DNA of 63,306 bases, counting the filler, from Aduncisulcus paluster (taxonomy: Eukaryota), in the NCBI GenBank assembly GCA_024181965.1. It is 11 parts of 11 records of this genome, joined end to end, with 100 filler letters (N's around TTAATTAATTAA, not from the genome) between each part and the next. Parts side by side here need not be neighbours in the genome. Positions count along the whole stretch, not along the records: positions 49,909 to 52,157 come from BQXS01010245.1; positions 52,258 to 53,858 come from BQXS01010246.1; positions 53,959 to 55,864 come from BQXS01010247.1; positions 55,965 to 57,287 come from BQXS01010248.1; positions 57,388 to 58,713 come from BQXS01010251.1; positions 58,814 to 63,306 come from BQXS01010252.1; 5 more parts are not named here. The stretch is one strand, 5' to 3'. The translations under genes were made by a program, and so were the position numbers. A model generated the notes under the pieces. It did not search any database, was not told the DNA's origin, and worked only from the letters and a program-made list of their open reading frames with translations. Numbering within the stretch: the first letter of the stretch is position 1; every line of letters starts with the position of its first letter. Shown piece after piece: positions 51,068 through 61,800 of this stretch.

Positions 51068-52157
51068 ATGTCAACAGAAATTTCTCAATATGAATTGATA
51101 CTTGGAGCTAGGAATCTTCCAAGCAAAGATTTGTTAAGTAAGAGTGACCCTTTTGCTGTAGTCGAAATGGTGTGTACTGGGGCTGCCCCGGTTCGAATTA
51201 TGAATACTAATGTGATAATGAATAATGAAAATCCAGATTGGAGAGAAATGGCATTGGTAACATATCGACTTGAATCTGCTGATATGGTGAAGATTTCTAT
51301 CTATGATGCCGATTCTAAAGATTTGACGAAATTATCAAAACACGATTTCATTGGATATGTTCAGTTTCAACTCGCTTCTTTGATTGTTTCCAGAGAAGGT
51401 GTTTTGGAACTCCCTATTTTAGGCAAAGATGGTAAGAAACTTCCCCTCGTCCACAAAAAGCCACCAATTTTTATTGTAAGTGGTGAAATTGCAAAAGCCT
51501 CGAATGCATTTGCCGATATGGAATTTAAAGCTCTTCGTGTTGACAAGAAAGATGTTTTTGGTAAAAGCGATCCTTATTTGTTGTTTTACAAGTCAAAAGA
51601 GACAAGAACCACAGTTCCCGATGCCATTGAAGCCAGTTCTCCAAGTTGTAGTACTTCTTGGTACCTTTCCCACAAGACTGAAGTCATCAGGAAGACTCTT
51701 GATCCATGCTGGAAACCTTTCACTGTGAACCTCCAATCACTTTGCAACGGTGATCTTGGCAGGCCTATCAAGATTGAATGTTGGGATTGGGATCGAGTTT
51801 CATCCGATGATTTTATTGGGAGTGTTATCACTGATGTTAACGAACTCCATAAACTGTCACAATCAAAAGACGGTCTTCCTCTCTTATCTGAGCACAAACG
51901 CCAGAAGTTGCTCAAAAAGAAGAAGTCTTATATTAACTCGGGAATGCTCTATCCCATGAAGATGCACATATACAAGAAACCGCAGTTTATTGACTATGTT
52001 AATTCTGGAACATGTCAGATCTCGTTATCCGTGGCTGTCGATTTTACTGGATCTAATGGATACCCTTCAAATCCCTCGTCTCTCCATTACATTGGTGCTG
52101 GTGTATCTGCCTATGAAAAAGCTATTTACGCGGTTGGAAGCGTTCTTAGTATCTACG
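51068..52157 (+). CDS. Copine paralog 2, partial (C2-C2 and start of vWA)
   Basis: SKDLLSKSDPF, KKDVFGKSDPY, CWDWD..DDFIG, VAVDFTGSNG; truncated by the spacer. Confidence 0.95.
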
Positions 52158-52257
52158 NNNNNNNNNNNNNNNNNNNNNNNNNNNNNNNNNNNNNNNNNNN
52201 NTTAATTAATTAANNNNNNNNNNNNNNNNNNNNNNNNNNNNNNNNNNNNNNNNNNNN

Positions 52258-52887
52258 TTATTCCCTTTCTTAGGGACGACGAGTATTGGCGAAGCAAATC
52301 TGCTTTTCGCACGTACTATAATCCCTTTTTCCATTAATCTGTCGATTTCCTCTCTGACAAATTCGGCATGCCTAGCCGGAAGTCTCCGATTCCGTAAACC
52401 TCCCAAAAATAAACGTCCGACTGTATCATCATTTCCAAAGTCAGGGTTCGAAGCGATTACTTCTTGATACGCGGCTACGTATTGTACTAGTTCCGGTTCT
52501 TTCATCTTTTTCAGCTTAATTCGTCTTAATTGGTCGTAAAAGCCCTGGGTAGATCCAGCTCCAAAAAACTTCTTAATAGCGGCAAGAAATTCCTCTGGGT
52601 TTGTGTCCCCATCACATTTTGTTGCAAGACGTAACGCTGATAACACGTGGACATCAATCAACGTGTGCCAAGGTTCCTTTCCACCTCGAGCAGAATAGAT
52701 CTTGTGATCATTCATAAATTTAGACCAGTCCTCTTTCGAAAACCTTGTTAGAAAAGGTGGTTTTAATAATTCGGCCATAATACTAAAGTATTAATACTGT
52801 AAGCTAAGCCAAATTTATTTAAATAAACGGTTCTATAAATAGGACATCCCTGAGAATGTCTGTAGATAAGGATCAATGTCCGTAACA
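52258..52887 (-). mobile_element. 5' end of a Ty3/gypsy-like LTR retrotransposon: ~90-bp LTR (52887-52798), palindrome (52797-52788), gag fused to the RT N-terminus (52778-52258)
   Basis: RRLPARHAEFVREEIDRLMEKGIIVRAKSRFASPILVVPKKG is the classic gypsy RT start; LFLGGL gag-like motif; LTR TGTTACG...GCTTACA contains TATTTATA and AATAAA. Confidence 0.85.
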
Positions 52888-53958
52888 GTATGTTGACCAA
52901 ATATATTTGGATTTATATTTTCCTTCTAACAATTCTTTTATATTTTTGAATAATTCCATTTCAATACTCCTTGTTTCTTAAGTTAGCTTTTCCTTTGTTT
53001 TGAATGGTACGGATCTTCTCTCGAACCAATTTCATGAGATTGTTTGACTATTTTTGTATTATTAAATCAAATATGAATATGCATGGATTATTTTCTTCTA
53101 TTTTTATTCATCTGAAAAAAGACCGGAACCCTCTGAACCTCTTTCAAGGAGATAAAATAGAAGAAATATTTTCTCCATAATCAGGTTGAAATTTTATGCA
53201 CTCATCATGATGAATTAGTTCTGTCTGGTCATGATAAAGATCAATTTTGGACAAGGCACCAAAAATGCATTCAATCATATAATGCCATAAAATTATTATC
53301 AAATGATCGGGATAGTGCAGCAAAATGGAAGATTTCTTGGGGACATCCTATATATCTTGTCAATGGAGAAAAAATTTATCAATTGTGTGGTAGCGCTTTA
53401 TAATATAACAAATAAAAGTATTAATGCGGATCTTTTTTTTGAATTGTCGAAAACTTTTTTAAAGCAATCAAATTTATTGAAAATAAAACAGATGTAGACT
53501 GATCTAAAAATAGATCATGAGAATCTTACACTTCCCCCAGATCAGAGTCAAGACAAAGACACAATACTTCATTATACTGGTATTCCCAGAGAGGGAAAAA
53601 TGGGGCTGATCAACCGATCATTCGGAAACTAAATTTCGGCAATAACATTTTCAGATGTCCCACACATACACAAATTATTTTCACAAACTTTCTCAAGAAA
53701 TCTATTTTTAGATTTCTGCCCAAACACAAACCATTCTACTTTGTGCTTATTTAAATTCGTTTATCGCCAGCAGAGACGCTTAATTATGCCAGATGAATCA
53801 ACTGAACAAAGTTCTTCACAAGAGGAATTGCCTCGCCAGGCAGTTCAACCCTCCGAACNNNNNNNNNNNNNNNNNNNNNNNNNNNNNNNNNNNNNNNNNN
53901 NNTTAATTAATTAANNNNNNNNNNNNNNNNNNNNNNNNNNNNNNNNNNNNNNNNNNNN

Positions 53959-54066
53959 TTGATAAAGAACAAGAAAAGAAGAAGGCTATGGAATATGACC
54001 TAACAAGAGAAAACGAAAGCTGAACTTGCAACCATTGAACGATTATCGATGTTGCCGTGGTTATAG
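53959..54066 (+). pseudogene. 3' remnant of an upstream tandem copy of the 54458-55039 gene
   Basis: TGAACTTGCAACCATTGAACGATTATCGATGTTGCCGTGGTTATAG (ELATIERLSMLPWL*) matches the end of the downstream gene; appears frameshifted against the preceding DKEQEK segment. Confidence 0.6.
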
Positions 54067-54457
54067 CTGATCCTTCATATCATCGTTTCCACAAGGATTG
54101 AATACAACTTCTTTCCTGATAACAATCACATTGTATGAACCATTACTTCCTGTCATGTCTTGAGATATGATGGATACCATGTGTATATTGTCACTTTCAT
54201 GTTTATATCGCTGTATTGTCAATAATGTCAACAATGTCTGAGTACGCCTTATTTGGAGAACAAATGTGTTTACAAAATAAATGATTTATTATCATGTATG
54301 CATATTAATAATGATAAGAAACATCGATTTTGGATATTATTGTTCTGTTCCAAGACAATTGTAAAATTGTGCTTTTCCTTGCAATTGGAAGGTTATTTGT
54401 GTTTATTATTCTACTTAATTTGATATTAGATAATCCGTAGTTGTGTTATTGTTTGTG

Positions 54458-55039
54458 ATGAGAATTATTGGCAAATGTATTCTAGATATTCTAGATATTA
54501 CAAATACGACTGACGAAATGTTGAAAGCGGCTTTGGAAAGCCCCTTTCCTGTTGGCCATCCAGATCTATCTGAAATTGATGGATCCAAAGCATATGGGGA
54601 TTATCACAGTGGTCATAATCATTCTAATTTATTGCAATTCGTAAGAGGTGAAAGTTTCATCTTTTTCTATCCCAATTTACATCTCCCATTTGTTACACGA
54701 CATTATCTCAGTAAGTTTGTTGTAAGTCATGATAGTTTTCGGAATGGAATCAAAGATTTCGATGCTACATTCACAACATCAGATGGCAAGAAGATTACAA
54801 AAGAATATCAAATGGGAGAGATGCCTCCAAGGCATTATTTCTGGCAAGAGTTTCCTATAGATCTTGATAATGTTATTTCTTGTGATATTCATGTTATATC
54901 AACGCTGGATGGAAAACAAGATTTTATTTATTTGTATGGCATTCGATTCGTGATTGACAATAAGCAAGAGAAAATGAAAGCCGCCAAAGAGCATGAACTT
55001 GCAACAATTGAACGATTAGCGATGCTTCCATGGTTATAG
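54458..55039 (+). CDS. Lineage-specific beta-rich (possibly galactose-binding/DOC-like jelly-roll) family protein
   Basis: Complete ORF MRIIGK...LPWL*; close paralog at 19276; the fold is inferred from strand pattern only. Confidence 0.75.
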   Translation: MRIIGKCILDILDITNTTDEMLKAALESPFPVGHPDLSEIDGSKAYGDYHSGHNHSNLLQFVRGESFIFFYPNLHLPFVTRHYLSKFVVSHDSFRNGIKDFDATFTTSDGKKITKEYQMGEMPPRHYFWQEFPIDLDNVISCDIHVISTLDGKQDFIYLYGIRFVIDNKQEKMKAAKEHELATIERLAMLPWL

Positions 55040-55054
55040 AATATCTTTCTTTCG

Positions 55055-55488
55055 TTATTTATTTGTATGGCATTCGATTCGTGATTGACAAGAAGCAAGA
55101 GAAAGCTCAAGAAGCAAAGAAAGAAATAGAACCCAAAGAATGTCTTAAAAAAGAAGGAAAGGAGAAAGAACTATCCGATTTTATGTTTTCGACAACACAA
55201 TCTCTCAAAGATCTTCAGTCTGCGTTATCTGATGAAAAGAAACAGAGAGTACATGATAAAGAAGAATTTAAGAAACACTCGCTTGAAGTTCAACAACATT
55301 CAGGGACCGGAAAGCGTAGATTCCATGACGATGAAGAAAGATGTACTCGTCATCTCTTGTCGAAACGAGCTGTTGTTGCCTCTCTCCAATCCATCCTTTC
55401 CCAGGTTGAACAAAGACCAGAGTCCGAACAATTCCACTTTTCTGTCGAGCTTGAGGCCGTGCACCGAATTGTTCCATCTCTGAAATAG
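55055..55488 (+). pseudogene. Partial duplicate of the family's last strand (IYLYGIRFVID) fused to a different coiled-coil tail
   Basis: 55055-55104 matches 54924-54973 with one mismatch, then an open frame continues to 55488. Confidence 0.55.
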
Positions 55489-55964
55489 TTTGTGTGAAAT
55501 CGTGCTTCCTTGCCATGTTCCTTTTTGAGCATTGTAATATGTCGATATTTGTGGGACTTCATTGCTGCACTCATTTTATTGCCAGTATGAAATTTTGTCT
55601 TCAACCTGAACTATCTACAAACTGCAGCGCTCTGTCAAAGTATAGAGTTGGACGGTCCAAAGTCTGTATTTCGTATTGTGTCCGTTTTATTGTTTAAATT
55701 TGCATTGTCCTCAGTCCTCGATTCAAAATACATACCAACTGTCGAGATTTTGTGCGATTTCTTATCTGGTGTTGGTAAGTTTTCCTGTGGACTGTGTTCT
55801 TGAAGAACAATGGAAGTTCCATTCTGTGTGGATAGAAAGAAAGAGAATAAAGGAAAAATATAATNNNNNNNNNNNNNNNNNNNNNNNNNNNNNNNNNNNN
55901 NNNNNNNNTTAATTAATTAANNNNNNNNNNNNNNNNNNNNNNNNNNNNNNNNNNNNNNNNNNNN

Positions 55965-56450
55965 CTGCGAGAGTGTTAGTTCTTTCCATCCATCAATTTC
56001 AGAAATAATCTTTTTGTATTCGAGGTATCTGTCATTTGCATCTGCTTCCAATGAGTCAATGAAGGCAGCTGCATTGTCAGAGAACCAGCGAGGGGAGTCA
56101 TTGAGCAGGCGAATAAGACCTCTCATCAAGGCATCCTCATGATCATAATCAGCAAGTCTAAGACCTAATCCTCCTTCAGATCTGGCCAGAGCCAACACTT
56201 CAGGGGACACGCCTTTTAAAGTGAACTTGTTCATTATTTCATCAATGATTTTGTCTTGATATTCACGAGATACAGCCCTAGCCACCTGCGAGACCTCTCG
56301 TAGATAGCTGTTCCTGCCAAGGACAGACACTTCGACATATTTGTAATATTCGTGCATGGGGAGAATATTGGCTTCTTGAACACATTTGAGTTCGTATTCA
56401 CACCTCTCCCTATACTTCTTAACCACTTCTTCAGACTTCCCAAAAGGACA
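55965..56450 (-). mobile_element. 5'-truncated non-LTR retrotransposon fragment (end of RT / thumb region)
   Basis: PFGKSEE... then LALARSEGGLGLR..EDALMRGLIRLLN, the L.L....GGLG motif that follows RT in non-LTR ORFs; begins abruptly next to (AC)6. Confidence 0.7.
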
Positions 56451-56497
56451 ACACACACACACAATTCAATTGATTTTGGCACTAAGCGAGATTAAAA

Positions 56498-57287
56498 ATG
56501 GGATTAAAGGCGTTGTTATGTGGTTTTTTAGCCTATTATGGAACATATTATGTTGGATTCAAGGAAGGAAGGAAAACGCTGCAAGATTTGTATTCAGTTC
56601 GAAAATCATTTATCCCTAAATCATGCATTTCGAAGATTGATAAACCAAGAGACATCAACCACATTTTAACCATTATTTTAGATGTTGATTCAACAATTTT
56701 TGCGACAAAGAAATTACCGAATGGTGCTTCACAGGTAATCACCCGTCCTGGCGCGGAAGATTTTATAAAACGGATATCTCGCTATTGTGAAATAGTTCTT
56801 GCCACTGCTAGACCTCATATTGTTGGAACCAGAACTCTCGCCTCTCTCGATCCTGAGAAAATATGTGTTAAACATGCCCTTCGAAGCAGTCGTATTCTTG
56901 TGCCCCGTTATGGTTTATTTGGGGGAATTCCAGGAAATAACAGGGGCTGTGCTGTGATTGCTGCGAATGCTGGAACTAAATTGGGTCGGAAAGCAGAAGC
57001 TTCGGCTGGCACTGTGATTGGTGTCACAACAACCGGTTTTTACGATAATATGAAAGAATCTTCCATTGGACGATTATGGGGATTCATGGGTAAAAATATA
57101 GTCGGTCTTGGAAGTGTTTTGTCCAAAGTCACTGGAAATCTGCTTGGAAAATGTGGATTTAAATCATTTTCAAACGAAGCCCAATTTATGAAAAAAATAC
57201 AACGTCAGAAAAAGCAATTGTTGAATCGGATTACGCCCACTTCATTGTTTTCTGATGGCACTAAAGTTATTTCGATAAATCAATGGG
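56498..57287 (+). CDS. FCP1/NIF-type HAD phosphatase-domain protein with an N-terminal hydrophobic segment, partial
   Basis: LTIILDVDSTI (DxDxT), RPGAEDFIKRISRYCEIVLATA, LASLDP; N-terminal ALLCGFLAYYGTYYVGF. Confidence 0.8.
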
Positions 57288-57553
57288 NNNNNNNNNNNNN
57301 NNNNNNNNNNNNNNNNNNNNNNNNNNNNNNNTTAATTAATTAANNNNNNNNNNNNNNNNNNNNNNNNNNNNNNNNNNNNNNNNNNNNAGGCTACCGAACC
57401 AACACCCCGGGAGGACACCGATAAAGGAAACCTAGGATCTAAAAATAGATCGTCGAAACCCTTGAGAAACTCCAGAAGATTCTGGAACCATAGATTGATC
57501 ATCTACTACGTTCGCGTCATAGTATCTGGATAGCTGCGATCACAAAGTGATCT

Positions 57554-57673
57554 GGGAAAGTGAGAGGAGGATGTGGTATCCTTGCAGGTTCTCAGAGGAT
57601 CTATTTATAGAACCGACTATGATGTGTTCGTTTATTAATAAATTGTACGTAAGCTTTATCGCAGTCTACCATA
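57554..57673 (+). mobile_element. 3' end of a related LTR element: polypurine tract (57554-57571) and ~102-bp 3' LTR (57572-57673)
   Basis: GGGAAAGTGAGAGGAGGA is followed directly by TGTGGTA...TACCATA (6/7 inverted termini); shares CTATTTATAGAACCG exactly with the LTR at 52828-52842. Confidence 0.75.
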
Positions 57674-58173
57674 AAATGATACAAAATTTATATGTTTATT
57701 TTTTCTCAATACTTACAAGAGATAGCCAAAATTTTATGAAATTATCTATTATTAATTTACTTTTCTATTTTATTTTAACCGTCAAATTTTATCAATTTAC
57801 AAATCAAAAAATCGGAAGCCCAGAATTGTAACCAGTCAACAGGAGAGTGAGTATGGGTTAATATGATGTTGGCAAACCACTGTTGTCGAACTTTCATTTA
57901 TAGTATAAAATGGATCCTGAAAAAAAGTTTCTAAGTTATATTCGGTAATTCAGTCCATTTGAAGCACTAATAAGGCACATTTCCTTTGTTTTTTGGCTCA
58001 TCCTCATCCTTTTCTTATCCAACACATCATTATAAGTTGAAAAAACTCAAAAATAAAAAGAAAAAAATGTTAGTCATTTTGATGAGATTTCTTGAGGTCG
58101 AAACATAAAATTGAAAAAATGAATACTATTCATGATAGTATCATATAACATGAATATAATATAAATGAAATGT

Positions 58174-58713
58174 TGTTATGAATTAGTAAATTTTGGCGTA
58201 GTATAACAGAAAAATTTTTCCGTTACGGTAAATTCCGTCAATTACAACCCGATAGTGATATTATTTATTGATTTGATAAGTGATTTTTTTTGATATTATT
58301 GATTACAAATGGATCCAACGAGTCGTTACGATTTCCGCGATACTGATGCCAGACGATTCAATCCAAGTTATTTGACTACAAGTTCTTTAACGATGGACAC
58401 TTATATTACCCAACCAAGCAAGTTATTAGAAGAGGAACATGAAACCTTTGGGAAGGTCGAAACATCGATTCTCAGAGCCCCAAGATGGACAGAATTCACG
58501 AAAGAATCTTATTTCGCTTTTAAAAGACAATTTGAATCGTATCAAGCCGATGGAGGAAAGGCTTTAGCATTTTCTCGCATTTCTGAAGCTGTTAAGCTCA
58601 ATATTGATACCGAAGTGGACGATTTTGATAAAGATAATTGTTTCGAATCGTTAAACAAGTTTTTTAGACTCGAAGCAGTCGATGAGTTGTACAGAGAACT
58701 AAAAGCCTTGAGT
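58174..58713 (+). mobile_element. 5' end of a third family member: ~35-bp LTR-like unit (58174-58208), palindrome (58209-58220), gag-like ORF (58309-58713, truncated)
   Basis: ILRAPRWTEFTKESYFAFKRQFESYQADGGK..LNKFF..LYRELKAL aligns with LLKPPFLTRFSKEDWSKFMNDHKIYSARGGK..IKKFF..FYDQLRRI; TGTTAT...ATAACA termini. Confidence 0.7.
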
Positions 58714-58814
58714 NNNNNNNNNNNNNNNNNNNNNNNNNNNNNNNNNNNNNNNNNNNNTTAATTAATTAANNNNNNNNNNNNNNNNNNNNNNNNNNNNNNN
58801 NNNNNNNNNNNNNA

Positions 58815-61800
58815 CCCAACTCCAAAGAGAAATCTCTTTCCAGTCCTTCGAGTGAATCATCAGGGATTATCGTGGATGAAGATGAAGATCAACAAGATGA
58901 AGATCATCAAGATGAAGAAAGTGAGGGAATTGTTGAAGGAGAGGAAGAGGAAAGAAGAGAAGGAGAAAAGGATGAGATGATAACTGTTAATTATTATGAT
59001 TCAACTAAACTATTCTCAAAATCTTCCCCAACAAAGACACTCCATACTCCAACTCCTCTGAGTCGACCCATTGTATTTGGGCCTTCTCAAACAGCTTCTA
59101 AAGTTTTCGCAGCAGCTTCAACCATTGGGTTTAACGATAATAATAATATTCCATCTCAGATAACCCAATCATCTTCTGTTTCATCTCCTTCCCCTTCTTC
59201 TCCCTTATTGACTCAGAATAGTATAGTTTCTCAGAGAAAATATGGGCCAAAAATAGATGTTTCCTCAGATGCAATATTTTCTCGCCAAGATCATCATCCA
59301 GAAGAAGAAAGAGAAGGAAAGAAGACAATGGATATTTCCTCTGATGAACAGACGATCAAAGGAGACAAACGACAATCGTCAGCTGATATGCCTGTACCAG
59401 CAGTACCAGCCCCTATAGTTGGAACTATGACTCCATCAAATCATTCAGTTGATCCTTCTTTACCTCCATCTTTTCCCTTCCTTCTCATGGGACCCACCAC
59501 AGGAATCTTTCCTCATCCACCTGGCCTTAATGCTAATCCTAGTGCCAATCCTAGTGCTAATCCTAGTCATAACCCAATCAACCCAACCTTCCAACATTCC
59601 CCTACTGCCCATGTTCATGTTCCTCATCGTGGAACACTAAGTATCTCCCTATGTGATAACATTGGAGGAAGTGCAGATATTGGAGCTATCTGGAACAGTG
59701 AAGGAACAGAGAGTATTCCTCCTTTCTTCAAACCAGACTCAGAGTCATTGCATCTGAAGCTGAAGAAAGAACGTAAGTCAATTCCTCTTGGATCTATTGT
59801 GAATAATAACGGTGGTAAACTTCCAAAAAGTATTGTACATTCACACTCACATTCTCAATCACTCAAAGTTCATGAAGTTTCCTCAAAAATAGGATTACCA
59901 GGTTCTGTTGTTTGTCAGGATAGTCTCATAGCTCATAAAGAGGAAAAAGAAGAGGGAAAAGAAGAGGGAAAAGAAGAGGAAGAAAAGATAATGGGAAAGA
60001 GAAAGATTAATTTTAGTGACTATTCTTNNNNNNNNNNNNNNNNNNNNAATCACTCAAAGTTCATGAAGTTTCCTCAAAAATAGGATTACCAGGTTCTGTT
60101 GTTTGTCAGGATAGTCTCATAGCTCATAAAGAGGAAAAAGAAGAGGGAAAAGAAGAGGGAAAAGAAGAGGAAGAAAAGATAATGGGAAAGAGAAAGATTA
60201 ATTTTAGTGACTATTCTTCATTTGATGGAGCGAAAGAAAGAGAGAAAGAAAGGGAGAAAGAAAGAGATGACTCAAAAGAAATATGCATAAAAAATAACAA
60301 AGAATTGATTTCTAAAGCATTTCGAAAACCTGTTATATTTAGTCAAGATATATTTACTTTATCCCAGGGTGCAGAAGCAAGCGGGGTTAGTCCTCTGATA
60401 GGTCCTTTTCCACCCACTCAGACTCAGCCTCAAGAGGGAGAAGAAGGAGAAGAAGAAGGAGAAGAAGAGAAGGAAGAGCAGGAAGAGAAGGAAGAGGATG
60501 AAACAAAGGGTGAAACAAAATATGTAAGGGATAATATAAATCCTCATTCCAAATCAAAGAACATTGATAAACTTCAATCTAACAAAGCAGAATGGAATCC
60601 ATATACACAGTCCAATTACCTTGAACGAACACAATCTCAAGCATATAAAACATCTAAAGCATCTAAAACATCAAAGCATATAGACCAACAATCACCCTCA
60701 AAACTTACTTCTTCTTCCTTCTCCTCTAAACAGAAAGATGTGCATAAAAAAGAAGATAACGAAACAATGTTATCTTTATCTTCATCACATCCTAAGCTCC
60801 CTGATAATCTGCTTGATTCTCAACCTTCGAGTGGAATGTTCAATACCTCAAAAATACACCCATCCGATCTATTTTCGGATTCATCCACAAATGAGAAAGT
60901 TAAGGGTGGGAAGAAACAACCAGACTCAGGCGTATCTTCATTGTCTCTTCCAAAACATCCCTCCTCTTCATCCACAGGCTCAAGCTCTGATGGCACTACT
61001 AACAGTGCCAACAACAACAAAGATCTTTCTGATCACTCTCCAGAAACAGGAACAGGAACAGGAACAGGGACAGGAACAGGAACATCTAGACATTCAGGAG
61101 GACAAGGATCTCCGTTATTGTTATCGAAATCTGTATCATTATCGCTTAATTCCTTCGATCTCCCACCACATACATTAAGAGAGATTTATAGGAGAGGTGT
61201 GAGGGAGTTATATGAATGGCAGGCCGAAGCTTTGGCAATAGCCATGAAAGATGAAAGGAAAAACTTCTTATTCACGGCACCGACAAGTGGTGGGAAGAGT
61301 CTGGTTGCTGACATTCTGTTATGTCGGTGTGTAGCTAAAAATAGATCAATACATTGCGCAAATCCATTAGACAGTCCCACGAGTAGTCTTCGTACTCGTC
61401 CTTCCCGCAAAGACCGTCATCATTCGTCAGATGTCTTGGATGGCGATGAAGATGAAGATGGATCCTCACGGAAAGATGAGGAAGAAGAGGAAGATGTTGA
61501 TGAGTACGCTGATGGAGGTTTTGACGATGAGACTCTCATGGGTTCTGGTGGGGATAGTGGAGGTGCTGGTGACAGTGGAGGAACGTATGAAGGCCAGCAA
61601 TTGGGAGGAAAAGTTATTGTATTACAACCATTGATAGCAACCTGTCAAGAAAGGACAAGGTATCTCCAGGGAATCCTTGAGGTTATTGGTGTGTCCGTTG
61701 TTGGAATTTATAGCAATAATAATGCATATTACAATGATAGTTGCTCCGTATGTGTATGCACCTATGAAAAGGGGTATGGTCTTCTTCAGAAGCTTGATAG

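Noticed and set aside
53785-53858. ORF start MPDESTEQSSSQEELPRQ at a contig end
   Set aside because: Only ~24 codons are visible; could be a gene or retroelement start but cannot be supported
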